Positions 30,489-40,081 of a stretch of DNA of 64,000 nt are shown here, piece by piece. Source of the stretch: Desulfomicrobium sp. (lineage in GTDB: Bacteria; Desulfobacterota; Desulfovibrionia; Desulfovibrionales; Desulfomicrobiaceae); the NCBI GenBank assembly GCA_040768745.1, contig JAXGMI010000001.1:1376001-1440000 (forward strand), given 5' to 3'. Numbering within the stretch: position 1 is the first letter of the stretch; the number at the start of each line of letters is the position of its first letter. Made by a program: the position numbers and the translations under genes. A model generated the notes under the pieces. That model did no database searches. It was not told the origin of the DNA and saw only the letters and a program-made list of their open reading frames with translations.

Positions 30489-31018
30489 GGCTCGATCCCT
30501 CCCAGAGCCTCGGGCCACCAGCGTTTCCCGGTGATCTTTTCCTGGAGCATGAAGAGCCCTTCCAGGAGTCCCTCAGGGCGGGGCGGGCAACCAGGGACGT
30601 ACACGTCCACTGGCACCAGGGTGTCCACCCCCTCGATCACGTTGTAGTTGGATTCCCCGGCGAACGGACCGCCGGAGATGGCGCAGTTGCCCATGGCGAT
30701 GACGTACTTGGGCGCCGGCATCTGTTCGTACAGGCGGACCAGGGCCGGGGCCATCTTGCGTGTCACGGTACCGGCCACGATCATGAGGTCCGACTGGCGT
30801 GGCGAGGGCCGGAAAACCTCGGCCCCGAAGCGAGAGATGTCGAAACGGGCCATGCCCACGGCCATCATCTCAATGGCGCAGCAGGCCAGGCCGAAGGTCA
30901 TGGGCCACAAGGACATGGCCCTGCAGATGTCGAGCACCTGCTGCGCCGGCTTCAGGTGCACCAGCGGCGGCTCTGCGCCCCTTACCGCCGGGGCGATACG
31001 CGGATTCGTCTGGGCCAT
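30485..31018 (-). CDS. nuoB: NuoB-like subunit
   Basis: [33 protein letters not shown]. Confidence 0.95.
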   Translation of the reverse strand: MAQTNPRIAPAVRGAEPPLVHLKPAQQVLDICRAMSLWPMTFGLACCAIEMMAVGMARFDISRFGAEVFRPSPRQSDLMIVAGTVTRKMAPALVRLYEQMPAPKYVIAMGNCAISGGPFAGESNYNVIEGVDTLVPVDVYVPGCPPRPEGLLEGLFMLQEKITGKRWWPEALGGIEP

Positions 31019-31377
31019 GAGAACACTCCTTTGCTGGAAAAATAGAAGATCGCGGCGAAGAGCACGGCAATGAAGACAAGAACCTGCCAGAAAGGGAGCC
31101 ATCCCGAGGTGTCGGGGTACATGGCGGCCACTGGGAAGAGGTAAAGAACGTCGACGTCGAAGGCGAGGAAGATGAGGGCGTAGAAGTAGAAGGTCAGGCC
31201 GAATTGCACCCACGCCTGCCGCCCGTGCACCGGAATGCCGCATTCGTAGGATTCGGCGAAGGCGCCGCCCTTGGCCTTGGGGGCCAGGAGGAGAGACACG
31301 ACAATGGGCCCGAGTGCGAATGCCAGGCCGGCCGCCAGGAATGCCAGGATCGAGACGTTCATCCAACTGAAGACCAT
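30982..31377 (-). CDS. nuoA: NuoA-like subunit
   Basis: YECG, FLAFDVD. Confidence 0.9.
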   Translation of the reverse strand: MVFSWMNVSILAFLAAGLAFALGPIVVSLLLAPKAKGGAFAESYECGIPVHGRQAWVQFGLTFYFYALIFLAFDVDVLYLFPVAAMYPDTSGWLPFWQVLVFIAVLFAAIFYFSSKGVFSWPRRIRVSPRR

Positions 31378-31517
31378 AGGAGACCACCTCTACGTAAATG
31401 GATCAATAAAAACGTATCGTTATAGCAGAATACAGCCTCGGCGATGTGCCCTCGGATTGCTCCGGCGCAGAAAAGCCAAGTATGTCATCGCTGCAAATGT
31501 CTCGAACGGGCCTGAGT

Positions 31518-31594
31518 GTCATTTCCGCGAGGCCGGGAATCTTTCATTTCAGGCAGTTGAAAAAGGCGAAACCCCTCGTTTCATGGGGATGACG
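31518..31594. repeat. REP/dRS3-like palindrome related to 2753-2882
   Basis: gtcatttccgcgaggccgggaatc ... cgtttcatggggatgac. Confidence 0.5.
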
Positions 31595-31892
31595 ACTTTT
31601 GCATCGATGACTGGTGCGCCAAAGGATGTAACTGTTACGTCTCAGGAAAGACTGTCACGACGGAAAGCATTGACAGCGCCATGTCAAAGCAAGGGCGGAG
31701 AAGGGATGTCGATGCCGCCGTAACGAGCGGGTAAAACAGCAGATGACAGTGGTGTGGAGTGGGACTTTCGGCGCAACAGATGGACGTACGCGCCGCGAGA
31801 TGGCCGCAAGGCATCGAGAGTGGGACAGCACATAAATAACCCCCCAAAAAAAAAGAGGCATGGACCATGAGGAGGCCTCACACCAAAGGGAG

Positions 31893-32015
31893 GTCTCCTT
31901 TCGATGCTTACGAGGTTAGCTGACGGGCTCGGGTCGAAAGGTACCCTACGCATGTGCGATTCGCCCCAAAGAATTGGGTCCCCCGCTTCCGCCATCGGCG
32001 GAACTCAGCAGTGTT
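31893..32015 (-). ncRNA. Cyclic di-AMP (ydaO/yuaA) riboswitch
   Basis: Minus strand reads GCTGAG...AGCGGGGGACCCA...TTGGGGCGAATC...CGTAGGG...GACCCGAGCCCGTCAGCTAACCTCGTAAGC...AGGAGA, matching the ydaO consensus blocks as I recall them; oriented toward nuoA. Confidence 0.88.
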
Positions 32016-32221
32016 GAACGTCACATAGTTTTGGTGACTTCGAAAGTCAAACGATATTGGTGCACACGCCCTCCGATTGTATTTTTCTATCTGAAATCAT
32101 TGTCGATAATGTGGCGTTATCAGACTGTGTCGATCTGCGGATAAACATGTGGTTTCGTGTTGAAACGGCTCTTGGTATTTCACGAAGAGCCGTTGTTGCC
32201 GTGCAGTCTCATCGGGAGAGA

Positions 32222-32827
32222 TCACGCTGACGCCTTGGAGCTTTCAGGGGAAAGTTTGTAGACGAGGGCTCTTTCATGGCTGCCAGCGGCCGTATCAAGC
32301 CTGAACGGCTCTCCGATAAGGAAAAGTTGCGGGTTGGGGCTGAGTTCGCCTGCCTCCGCTTCTTTCCTGTAAAGGAGGATCTGGAGAACATAGAGAGCTG
32401 CTACCGCATTGAGAGCGTTTTTGAGATTGGCCTCCGCGAAATGCTCATGGCGTTCGTATTTTACCTTCGTGTATGCTCGCCACCAAAGGGGTTGCGTTTC
32501 AGTGCGCCACTTGTTCCACGGAGTCAGCGTCAGGCCGAATCTTGGCAGATGCACCTTGATTGCGCTGAAGTTGGGATGATGTTTTGTAATAACTGTTTTA
32601 TAATTGCCGATGTTGTCTGCCGTGCAGTTGTGCTCAATGGTATGACAGTATTTTTTTGCAACAACGTCAACTTCAGAGGCTGCCGAAAAAAGTATGCGGC
32701 CAAGTTCGATCGAATAACTGGAGAAGTTAGACTCGGCAATTTCTAAGAACCTGGAAAATTGTGAAAGATCGTTTTCAAGGGCGATAAAGTAGTTCCAATG
32801 TATAGCTGTCTGTTTTTGCGGAATCAT
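32222..32827 (-). CDS. Hypothetical protein, AT-rich, 201 aa
   Basis: Intact ORF; HWNYFIALE, ASEVD, WWRAYTKVK; function not assignable. Confidence 0.65.
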   Translation of the reverse strand: MIPQKQTAIHWNYFIALENDLSQFSRFLEIAESNFSSYSIELGRILFSAASEVDVVAKKYCHTIEHNCTADNIGNYKTVITKHHPNFSAIKVHLPRFGLTLTPWNKWRTETQPLWWRAYTKVKYERHEHFAEANLKNALNAVAALYVLQILLYRKEAEAGELSPNPQLFLIGEPFRLDTAAGSHERALVYKLSPESSKASA

Positions 32828-32926
32828 CGTCAGTCTCTCGCTGAATTGAAGTTATACGATGTCCTTGCGGGAAAAATTTTCTCCCGCAAGGAGGTAATGT
32901 GAAACGTAAAACTTAATTTTGCCAGA

Positions 32927-33100
32927 CTAGTGTGATTCGTAATACCAGAATATGAAGAAAATAAATCCGGCAACGGCGATGAATTTCAGCAACGTCGGGA
33001 TACTTTCACGCAAACTGTAGTTTTTTGGGGTGTAGTCGATTTCCGAATTTGGCGTATGGGAAGGCGCGCAACCGCGGCGCGGAGTGTTGTCATGTGGCAT
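32927..33100 (-). CDS. Small hypothetical membrane protein (57 aa)
   Basis: AGGAGG RBS, C-terminal TM helix, hairpin ccttgcggga..tcccgcaagg downstream at about 32863-32892. Confidence 0.5.
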   Translation of the reverse strand: MPHDNTPRRGCAPSHTPNSEIDYTPKNYSLRESIPTLLKFIAVAGFIFFIFWYYESH

Positions 33101-33176
33101 AATGCCTCCTTCATTCAAGGAAATAAGGTTCGCCACCGACAGCGGAGTGCATTGATGGCAAGAATGGAACACTTAT

Positions 33177-33530
33177 TCAGAATTTGAAACGAGGAGGCGC
33201 ACGACTGGCGACCGCCTTAAGCACAATTTTCTTGGCTGCCCGGTCGTTGATGTAAGAAGAAATGAAGGAAAGGGAAATTGAAGGAAGAGTAGAATTATGA
33301 CTTATAATTAAGGCATCTTGAAAATCGCTATTAGAAGATTTACGGATTTCTCTCTGGGACGTATCTATGCCGACAATTGTAGGCTCCATGATTGTCGAAG
33401 AGAAGTGAGCCGTTTTGGAGCTAGATTCAAGATAGCGAGTGGAATTTTTGCTGTATTTGTCAATTGTCGGGGGCGTACAAAATACCAGAAGTATAGAGAT
33501 AACCAGTCGTAATGTAATATACATTTTCAA
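33177..33530 (-). CDS. Hypothetical protein, AT-rich
   Basis: N-terminal hydrophobic segment, C-terminal SRAPP. Confidence 0.35.
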   Translation of the reverse strand: MKMYITLRLVISILLVFCTPPTIDKYSKNSTRYLESSSKTAHFSSTIMEPTIVGIDTSQREIRKSSNSDFQDALIISHNSTLPSISLSFISSYINDRAAKKIVLKAVASRAPPRFKF

Positions 33531-33670
33531 TTTTTATTTCTTATGAAATATTTATCACGATCTGGTTACTGTGGCTTATTCCCGCAACTGAAACCTATCT
33601 GGTCTGGAATGAATGAGCATGACGTCTTAGCATGGCAATGAGTGGGTATTGATCCAAGAAATTTATTTTT

Positions 33671-34406
33671 GGGTCATGACTAGAACAGCGGGTTTGTCCT
33701 GATGATTTTGAGCAGGACTTTATAGATGTTCTGGCCCCTATTGTTAAATCGAAATTCGCATTCTTTCAAATGCAAGAAAAAGGTTACCTTGCTGACACCT
33801 CTGAACTTGGCAAGGCGAGTTTTCGAATAGCCCCAAAAGCTTTCTATGCCATTGATATGGCTACGTTCATTGGCAAATTCATTGTCTCCGTGGTTGACCC
33901 TGAAATGCTTCTGGTACCCTATATCCACCAGGCCGTTATAGCCGCGCCATCCATCGGAATGGATGACGCTTTCGACGCTGACTCGACCTCGGATAACCGC
34001 CTGAAGTGTGGCACGGCTGCAATCAGGCACGATCTCGGTATAGACTTGGCCTTGGCGCTTGAAGATGCCAAACACAATGGTTTTACTGCTTGCGCCACGA
34101 CCTCGGAGTCCTTTGACTCGGCGAGGCCCGAAGTAGCTTTCATCAACTTCGATTTCCCCGAGAACTGGGGCTTGTCGCTCGCAGTACTCAGCGATTCGTT
34201 GGCGCAAGGCCATGAGATACCTGTTCACGGTATTTCTGTTTAGGCCAGTCACCAGGGCGATCTGGGATGCATCCAGATCAAAGGAAAAGAGCTTCAAGAA
34301 TTGCCTGAATTTGGCCTCTGAAATTTTTGAACGATTTGCGTACTTATTAACCCTTGCCATGACTCGATCCTAGCAGATTTGTTATCCGCTGTTCTAGTCA
34401 TGACCC
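33671..34406 (-). mobile_element. IS1595-family insertion sequence, copy 1 (736 bp)
   Basis: 21-bp perfect TIRs GGGTCATGACTAGAACAGCGG; 8-bp TSD TTATTTTT at 33663-33670 and 34407-34414. Confidence 0.95.
33680..34360 (-). CDS. IS1595-family DDE transposase
   Basis: EVDESYFG, HSDGWRGY, HINGIESFW, ECEFRFN; stop codon lies inside the TIR. Confidence 0.95.
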   Translation of the reverse strand: MARVNKYANRSKISEAKFRQFLKLFSFDLDASQIALVTGLNRNTVNRYLMALRQRIAEYCERQAPVLGEIEVDESYFGPRRVKGLRGRGASSKTIVFGIFKRQGQVYTEIVPDCSRATLQAVIRGRVSVESVIHSDGWRGYNGLVDIGYQKHFRVNHGDNEFANERSHINGIESFWGYSKTRLAKFRGVSKVTFFLHLKECEFRFNNRGQNIYKVLLKIIRTNPLF

Positions 34407-34475
34407 TTATTTTTAATGTATGAGCTATTTGAATCGTGTTGTCAACATCAGGTCAAGAGGGCTTGTCGGGACTGT

Positions 34476-34584
34476 GGCCGACGAAATTGGAGGTCACGAA
34501 CTGGGTCACGGCGAAGCACAGGCCGGCCACGATGCAGGCGGGCAGCACTTCCATGGAGCGCTTGAAGCCGCACATGGTCACGGA
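34476..34584 (-). repeat. 109-bp exact copy of an internal lctP segment (19314-19422)
   Basis: ggccgacgaaattggaggtc...cacatggtcacgga reads the same at both loci, same orientation. Confidence 0.9.
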
Positions 34585-34591
34585 AGTGGCA

Positions 34592-34623
34592 CAAAAGAAA
34601 AAGCCGATCCTGAAGACCGGCTT
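34592..34623 (-). terminator. Terminator of the tRNA-Pro/tRNA-Thr transcript
   Basis: Minus strand aagccggtc-ttcag-gatcggctt followed by a T-rich run. Confidence 0.75.
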
Positions 34624-34629
34624 GTCATC

Positions 34630-34705
<76 letters not shown>

Positions 34706-34713
34706 TTTTCGTG

Positions 34714-34790
34714 TGGTCGGGATGAGAGGATTTGAACCTCCGGCCCCTTGAACCCCATTCAAGTGCGCTCCCAGACTGCGCTACATCCCG
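34714..34790 (-). tRNA. tRNA-Pro(GGG)
   Basis: CGGGATGTAGCGCAGTCTGGGAGCGC...GAAT-GGG-GTTC...GGTTCAAATCC...CCCGACCA, 77 nt. Confidence 0.97.
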
Positions 34791-35023
34791 ACAACGAGAA
34801 ATCGCTTGTATGGATGCCCCCGTGCTTTGTCAACTCTTTTTCCGGATTTCGAGTTCGCCGTGACGTATCCCTTCTTCACTGATTCTGCAGGGATGGAGAA
34901 GAATGCTCCAAAGCAACGGCTTCTCGACGTGACTCCTCCCTCCTGGATCGCGAGCGTGACGACGGCCGGTTTGCGGACAGAATTCTCCCTGGTTGCCGTC
35001 AGTTGTCAGGCCCGGGGGGCGTT

Positions 35024-35494
35024 TCAATGGCGGAGAGTGGCCTTGAGGCGGTTCGGGTGCAGAAGCAGATCCAGTCCGGCCTCGATACCGGGGACGAGGA
35101 TGTGGGCCGCGGACAGCGCGGACTGGGCCACGCCCTCCGGCTGCAGGATAGCCAGGGAGAGACCGCCTTCCTTGAGCATGGCGGCATCGTTGTTGCCGTT
35201 GCCCAGGCAGATGCAGGATTCAGCGCCCAGGCTGCGGATATATGCGACTTTGGCCTCGCGCTCATTGCCTGGCTGGAGAATATGCACGATGCAGTCGCTC
35301 TGCCCGAAGGCGACCCGCACCGTGCCGAAGGTGTCCGCAGTGAGAATGTGCACGCTCAAAAGGTTTGTGAGCTGGCTCAGGCGCGAAAAGACTCCTGGCT
35401 GGACCCGTCCGTCCAGGGCCAGGGTGCCGTTGTAATCCAGGACCAGATACCGGAGGCCGAGTTTCCCGAAGCCAGGGATATCAAGTTCAATCAT
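35024..35494 (-). CDS. HAD-superfamily hydrolase (soluble P-type ATPase-like)
   Basis: DYNGTLA, LTADTFG, GNGNND. Confidence 0.85.
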   Translation of the reverse strand: MIELDIPGFGKLGLRYLVLDYNGTLALDGRVQPGVFSRLSQLTNLLSVHILTADTFGTVRVAFGQSDCIVHILQPGNEREAKVAYIRSLGAESCICLGNGNNDAAMLKEGGLSLAILQPEGVAQSALSAAHILVPGIEAGLDLLLHPNRLKATLRH

Positions 35495-36743
35495 GATTTC
35501 CTCGATGGTTGAGGCTGGCCCGGGCCAGCATTTTTTCCTGGAACATGCGCAGGTCTGCGGCCCTGATCAGGTCCTCCAGGGGCTGGCCGGGCTCATGTCG
35601 AGCCAATCCCACGGAGGCGGAGATGCGCAGATTCGTTGCCAGGCCGCAAATCTCCCCCACATTGATATTGGCCAGGGCCTGCCCCAATCGTGTGACGAAA
35701 CTCCAGGCCTTGGTTTCGTCCGTATCAGGAAGCATGATCACGAATTCATCCCCTCCCAAGCGGACACAGATGTCATATTTACGGACCATGGCCTGGATGG
35801 TCTGCCCCACAGCAATGAGAATGGCGTCTCCGGCCTCGTGGCCGAGGGTGTCATTGATGGCCTTGAATCCGTTCAGATCGATGAAAAGGAGATGCACCGG
35901 AAGGTTTTTGCGCACGGCAAAATCCAGAATGCGAGGGGCGTGGCGTTCCAGATAGGTCCGGTTGTTGATGCCGGTCAGGGAGTCACGCACCGTCAGCTCT
36001 TCCAACTGCTCGTGCTCCAAGGTGATTATCAGGGTGGAGGCCAGGATATCGCAGAAATGGCTGAGAAAATCCGTGGCTTTTTCGACGGCATAGCGTTCCG
36101 GATCCCGGTCATAGCCCGCCACTACACCGATGATTTTGCCGGGCAGGTACTTATGCCTGAGGGCGAAGATGAAGCAGGACCCGGACTGCGGATCCGTATC
36201 GCAACCCAGGAAAAACCTTGGCCCATCCACGCGCCGGACATCTCCCAGATAGAGCCGGGGAAAATGAACAGCCGGGGAGAACTGCTTCAGCTGTTCCTGC
36301 AGGCATCTGGGGCGGACTTGTCCGATCTGCGCAGGCACACGCCCAGCAAAAAGCTCCTGATCCAGGATCAGGTGCAGGAGGTGCATGTCGTGCAAATCCT
36401 GGATGGATTGGAGCGTCGGGGAGAGGTCCTGCAGCCGTTTGATGCGCTGGACAAGGTCGATGGTGCAGCGAAAGGTCTCGAAGCTGTCCAGCAAGGACCT
36501 GTAGGACGAAACCATGGCATCGAAGGCAGATTTGGAGGTCCGCAGTTTCTGGCGCAACTCTGCCATTTCCGGGAATTGCGCCGATCTGTCTGTCTGCTGG
36601 GCCATGGCCTGTCTCCTGGTCCAGGCATCCAGCAGGGAGAGCTGGCGTTTGAGTCTGGGCTGATCGTTCTGGATGACACTGACCTGCAGGGACGAGACAA
36701 AGCGCTGCAGCACATGCCACGTGACTCGTTGGTCGCGGGCCAT
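35487..36743 (-). CDS. GGDEF diguanylate cyclase
   Basis: DSLTGINNR, FKAINDTLGH, RKYD I-site, RLGGDEF; start taken at MARDQ. Confidence 0.9.
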   Translation of the reverse strand: MARDQRVTWHVLQRFVSSLQVSVIQNDQPRLKRQLSLLDAWTRRQAMAQQTDRSAQFPEMAELRQKLRTSKSAFDAMVSSYRSLLDSFETFRCTIDLVQRIKRLQDLSPTLQSIQDLHDMHLLHLILDQELFAGRVPAQIGQVRPRCLQEQLKQFSPAVHFPRLYLGDVRRVDGPRFFLGCDTDPQSGSCFIFALRHKYLPGKIIGVVAGYDRDPERYAVEKATDFLSHFCDILASTLIITLEHEQLEELTVRDSLTGINNRTYLERHAPRILDFAVRKNLPVHLLFIDLNGFKAINDTLGHEAGDAILIAVGQTIQAMVRKYDICVRLGGDEFVIMLPDTDETKAWSFVTRLGQALANINVGEICGLATNLRISASVGLARHEPGQPLEDLIRAADLRMFQEKMLARASLNHRGNHD

Positions 36744-36753
36744 TGTGTTCAGG

Positions 36754-37233
36754 TCAGACCAGGTTGCGCAGAGTGGCCAAAACTTCAGCGGCGTGTCCGG
36801 CAGCCTTGACCTCGGCCCATGTGTGGCGGATGACTCCAGAGGGATCAATGAGGAAGGTGGAACGCCTTACCCCCATGTATTCCTTGCCGTAGTTCTTCTT
36901 CAGGCGCCAGGCTCCGAATTGCTCCAGGATCTGGTGCTCCGGGTCGCTCAGCAGGTTCACCTCCAATCCGTGTTTGCCAGTGAACTTCTGGTGGGAAGAG
37001 ACGGAGTCGGGACTCATGCCGAGCACAACGGCGTTCAGTGCAGAAAATTGATCCTTGAGGGTGGAAAACTCCTGGGCCTCCACCGTGCATCCCGGGGTGT
37101 TGTCTTTGGGGTAGAAATACAGGACCACCCATTGGCCGCGAAAGTCTTCCAGCCGAGTGTCCGAGCCGGAAGTGTTGCGCAGGCAGAAACCAGGGGCCGG
37201 ATCGCCGGGGGCAGGGATTTTGAAGTCGATCAT
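36754..37233 (-). CDS. bcp: Peroxiredoxin (Bcp/PrxQ)
   Basis: YFYPKDNTPGCT, RSTFLID. Confidence 0.92.
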   Translation of the reverse strand: MIDFKIPAPGDPAPGFCLRNTSGSDTRLEDFRGQWVVLYFYPKDNTPGCTVEAQEFSTLKDQFSALNAVVLGMSPDSVSSHQKFTGKHGLEVNLLSDPEHQILEQFGAWRLKKNYGKEYMGVRRSTFLIDPSGVIRHTWAEVKAAGHAAEVLATLRNLV

Positions 37234-37266
37234 GTGCGCTCCTTGGGTAGAACAATCTTTTTTTTA

Positions 37267-38002
37267 GGGTCATGACTAGAACAGCGGGTTTGTCCTGATG
37301 ATTTTGAGCAGGACTTTATAGATGTTCTGGCCCCTATTGTTAAATCGAAATTCGCATTCTTTCAAATGCAAGAAAAAGGTTACCTTGCTGACACCTCTGA
37401 ACTTGGCAAGGCGAGTTTTCGAATAGCCCCAAAAGCTTTCTATGCCATTGATATGGCTACGTTCATTGGCAAATTCATTGTCTCCGTGGTTGACCCTGAA
37501 ATGCTTCTGGTACCCTATATCCACCAGGCCGTTATAGCCGCGCCATCCATCGGAATGGATGACGCTTTCGACGCTGACTCGACCTCGGATAACCGCCTGA
37601 AGTGTGGCACGGCTGCAATCAGGCACGATCTCGGTATAGACTTGGCCTTGGCGCTTGAAGATGCCAAACACAATGGTTTTACTGCTTGCGCCACGACCTC
37701 GGAGTCCTTTGACTCGGCGAGGCCCGAAGTAGCTTTCATCAACTTCGATTTCCCCGAGAACTGGGGCTTGTCGCTCGCAGTACTCAGCGATTCGTTGGCG
37801 CAAGGCCATGAGATACCTGTTCACGGTATTTCTGTTTAGGCCAGTCACCAGGGCGATCTGGGATGCATCCAGATCAAAGGAAAAGAGCTTCAAGAATTGC
37901 CTGAATTTGGCCTCTGAAATTTTTGAACGATTTGCGTACTTATTAACCCTTGCCATGACTCGATCCTAGCAGATTTGTTATCCGCTGTTCTAGTCATGAC
38001 CC
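37267..38002 (-). mobile_element. IS1595-family insertion sequence, copy 2 (736 bp)
   Basis: Same TIRs as copy 1; own 8-bp TSD TTTTTTTA at 37259-37266 and 38003-38010. Confidence 0.95.
37276..37956 (-). CDS. IS1595-family DDE transposase, same protein as copy 1
   Basis: Identical 226-aa translation in the ORF track. Confidence 0.95.
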   Translation of the reverse strand: MARVNKYANRSKISEAKFRQFLKLFSFDLDASQIALVTGLNRNTVNRYLMALRQRIAEYCERQAPVLGEIEVDESYFGPRRVKGLRGRGASSKTIVFGIFKRQGQVYTEIVPDCSRATLQAVIRGRVSVESVIHSDGWRGYNGLVDIGYQKHFRVNHGDNEFANERSHINGIESFWGYSKTRLAKFRGVSKVTFFLHLKECEFRFNNRGQNIYKVLLKIIRTNPLF

Positions 38003-38038
38003 TTTTTTTAATACCTGATCACCCCTGGGCCTGCAAGG

Positions 38039-39289
38039 TCAGGGGCCGACAGCGGCGCTCATTCCGGCCAGATAGCCCGTGGACAGGGCTGCCTGCAGGT
38101 TGAAGCCCCCGGTGTCGGCGTCCATATCCAGCACTTCGCCGGCCAGGAAAAGCCCGGGGCAGATCCGGGACTGCATGGTCTTGGGATCCACTTCGCTCAG
38201 GCTCACTCCACCAGCGGTGATGATGGCCTCGCGCAGGGGGCGGTATCCACTGACCGTAAATCGCAGGCCCTTGAGCCAGAGCCGCAGTCGTTTGCGTTCC
38301 TCGGCAGAAATCTGGTGCGCGGCTTTGTCCCCGGTCAGCCCGGTCTGGTCGAGGCACACGGGGATGAGTTTGGGGGGCATCAGTCCACGCAGCAGGTTCT
38401 CCAGATGCATCTTGCCATGGCCCGCCAGGTCGCGCTGCAGGCGGGCGTCGAGTTTGTCCGGGTCCAGGGCCGGTTTCAGGTCGATGAAGAGCTCGGCCCT
38501 GCGCCCCTGGTCCACGGCCCGCACGGCGGCCTTGCTCAATGTCAGGATGATGGGGCCGGACAAACCGAAGTGCGTGAAGAGCATCTCTCCCATCTGCTCT
38601 CCGGCTTTCTTCCCATCCACCCGCAACTCAGCACGGACATTGCGCAGGGACAGACCCTGCAGTCTTGCCGCAATGTCCCCGGATGTGACCAGGGGGATGA
38701 GGGCCGGCGAGATGGGAATTATGGCGTGTCCGAGGCATTTGGCCAGGTCGTAGCCGTCGCCGGTGGAGCCGGTAGCCGGATAGGAAGCTCCGCCCGTGGC
38801 CAGGATGATTCTGTCCCCCGCGAGGGACTGGGAACCGAAGCCGACCTCGAAGCGAGCTTCGGCCCGTCTGATGTCCTGCACACGGCAGCCTGTTCGGATG
38901 GTCACGCCCTGGGATCGGGCATGGCGGACAAAAGCGTCCACGAGGTCCTGGGCGTTGTCGCTGGTCGGAAAAAGCCGCCCGCCGCGCTCCTCCTTGGTCG
39001 GAACCCCCAGGCTGTCGAGGAGTGCGACCGTGTCGGGGGTGAAGAAGTGAGCCAGGGCGGGCCGCAGGAAACGGAAATTCCTGCCAAAGTGAGAGAGAAA
39101 CTCATCCCTGGGTGCGGAGTTGCCGATATTGCCCCGGCCCTTGCCACAGATCCTGAGCTTGCGGCCCGGACGATCCATGCGCTCGAGCAGGGTCACGCTG
39201 GCGCCCCTGGCCGCTGCAGTGGCCGCGGCCAGGAGTCCGGCGGGACCTCCGCCTATGACGATGATGGAATGATGCATGGATGCTCTCAT
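38039..39289 (-). CDS. HI0933/YhiN-family flavoprotein
   Basis: IGGGPAG, ATGGASYPATGSTGDG, GEMLFTHFGLSGP, DTGGFNLQ. Confidence 0.9.
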   Translation of the reverse strand: MRASMHHSIIVIGGGPAGLLAAATAAARGASVTLLERMDRPGRKLRICGKGRGNIGNSAPRDEFLSHFGRNFRFLRPALAHFFTPDTVALLDSLGVPTKEERGGRLFPTSDNAQDLVDAFVRHARSQGVTIRTGCRVQDIRRAEARFEVGFGSQSLAGDRIILATGGASYPATGSTGDGYDLAKCLGHAIIPISPALIPLVTSGDIAARLQGLSLRNVRAELRVDGKKAGEQMGEMLFTHFGLSGPIILTLSKAAVRAVDQGRRAELFIDLKPALDPDKLDARLQRDLAGHGKMHLENLLRGLMPPKLIPVCLDQTGLTGDKAAHQISAEERKRLRLWLKGLRFTVSGYRPLREAIITAGGVSLSEVDPKTMQSRICPGLFLAGEVLDMDADTGGFNLQAALSTGYLAGMSAAVGP

Positions 39290-39533
39290 AACGTGTTTTT
39301 TTCACGGAGGGAGAACAGATGTAAAGGAGCAGAAGAACATTGTTCTGTTCCGGTATTGCCGGGACAACTGGCGCACAGTGTGACGCACAGTTTAGGCACT
39401 GTTCTGTGTTCAGGACAATCTTCTGTCCTGTGCGGTCGGAGGCGTCGGACAATGCTCACGAACCACCCTGCCTTTCTGCGAAGAAGGCCGTGCAGCCCGA
39501 CTCCCCCGGTTTCAGGAAGGGCACATCGGCAGC

Positions 39534-39911
39534 TCAATCCTGTTTGATCTTGAACGTGACGTAGGCGGTTCTGCCTTCTGGAATGCGGTACTCAAGCCTG
39601 AGTTTCTCGATGGCCGATGCCATGCCCGGAATGTTGATCAACCCCGAGGATTCCCCGGATTTGAGCAATCCAGGTATTTTCAGGGCAACGGGCTGGCCCT
39701 GAACAGGGATCAGGGTCAGCCCGTCCAAATGGACGGTGGCCCCCTCGATCTGGAAGCGGAGGTTGTCGATCTTGCCCAGTTTTTCACCCACTTCGATGGT
39801 GGCAGACCTGTCCGAAGGCGACAGCTCCACCGGGTTCCGGGTGAGCCAGGGGCCGGCCAGGGCCGGGGCAGCTAAAAGCAGGCTGATGAAAATGAGGCAG
39901 AGTGTTTTCAT
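39534..39911 (-). CDS. Hypothetical exported protein
   Basis: Signal peptide MKTLCLIFISLLLAAPALA; GGAG RBS. Confidence 0.65.
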   Translation of the reverse strand: MKTLCLIFISLLLAAPALAGPWLTRNPVELSPSDRSATIEVGEKLGKIDNLRFQIEGATVHLDGLTLIPVQGQPVALKIPGLLKSGESSGLINIPGMASAIEKLRLEYRIPEGRTAYVTFKIKQD

Positions 39912-40060
39912 GAGTGCTCCCTGAATTTGTTCAGGGCAGTCTAGACCGGGAAGCCGGAGCTGATCAAGAGCCGGTTTGGCGCCATTACGTCCCGGGGGCA
40001 TGGATGTGGACAACGATGCCAGAGAGCAGTTATCTGATTCTCCCAGCTCTGGAGGTGGCC

Positions 40061-40081
40061 GTGAGTATACTGATCAAAAAA
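40061..40081 (+). repeat. attL core
   Basis: GTGAGTATACTGATCAAAAAA, identical to 49540-49560. Confidence 0.92.

Noticed and set aside
28858..31018. Group 4 [NiFe]-hydrogenase (Ech/Hyf/Coo)
   Set aside because: The large subunit lacks both CxxC Ni-binding motifs and has complex-I motifs (HPSTHG, RVDY, EIDR).
39290..39530. Possible ncRNA or riboswitch in the intergenic region with tgttctgt repeats
   Set aside because: Only short scattered repeats; no family consensus I can recognise.
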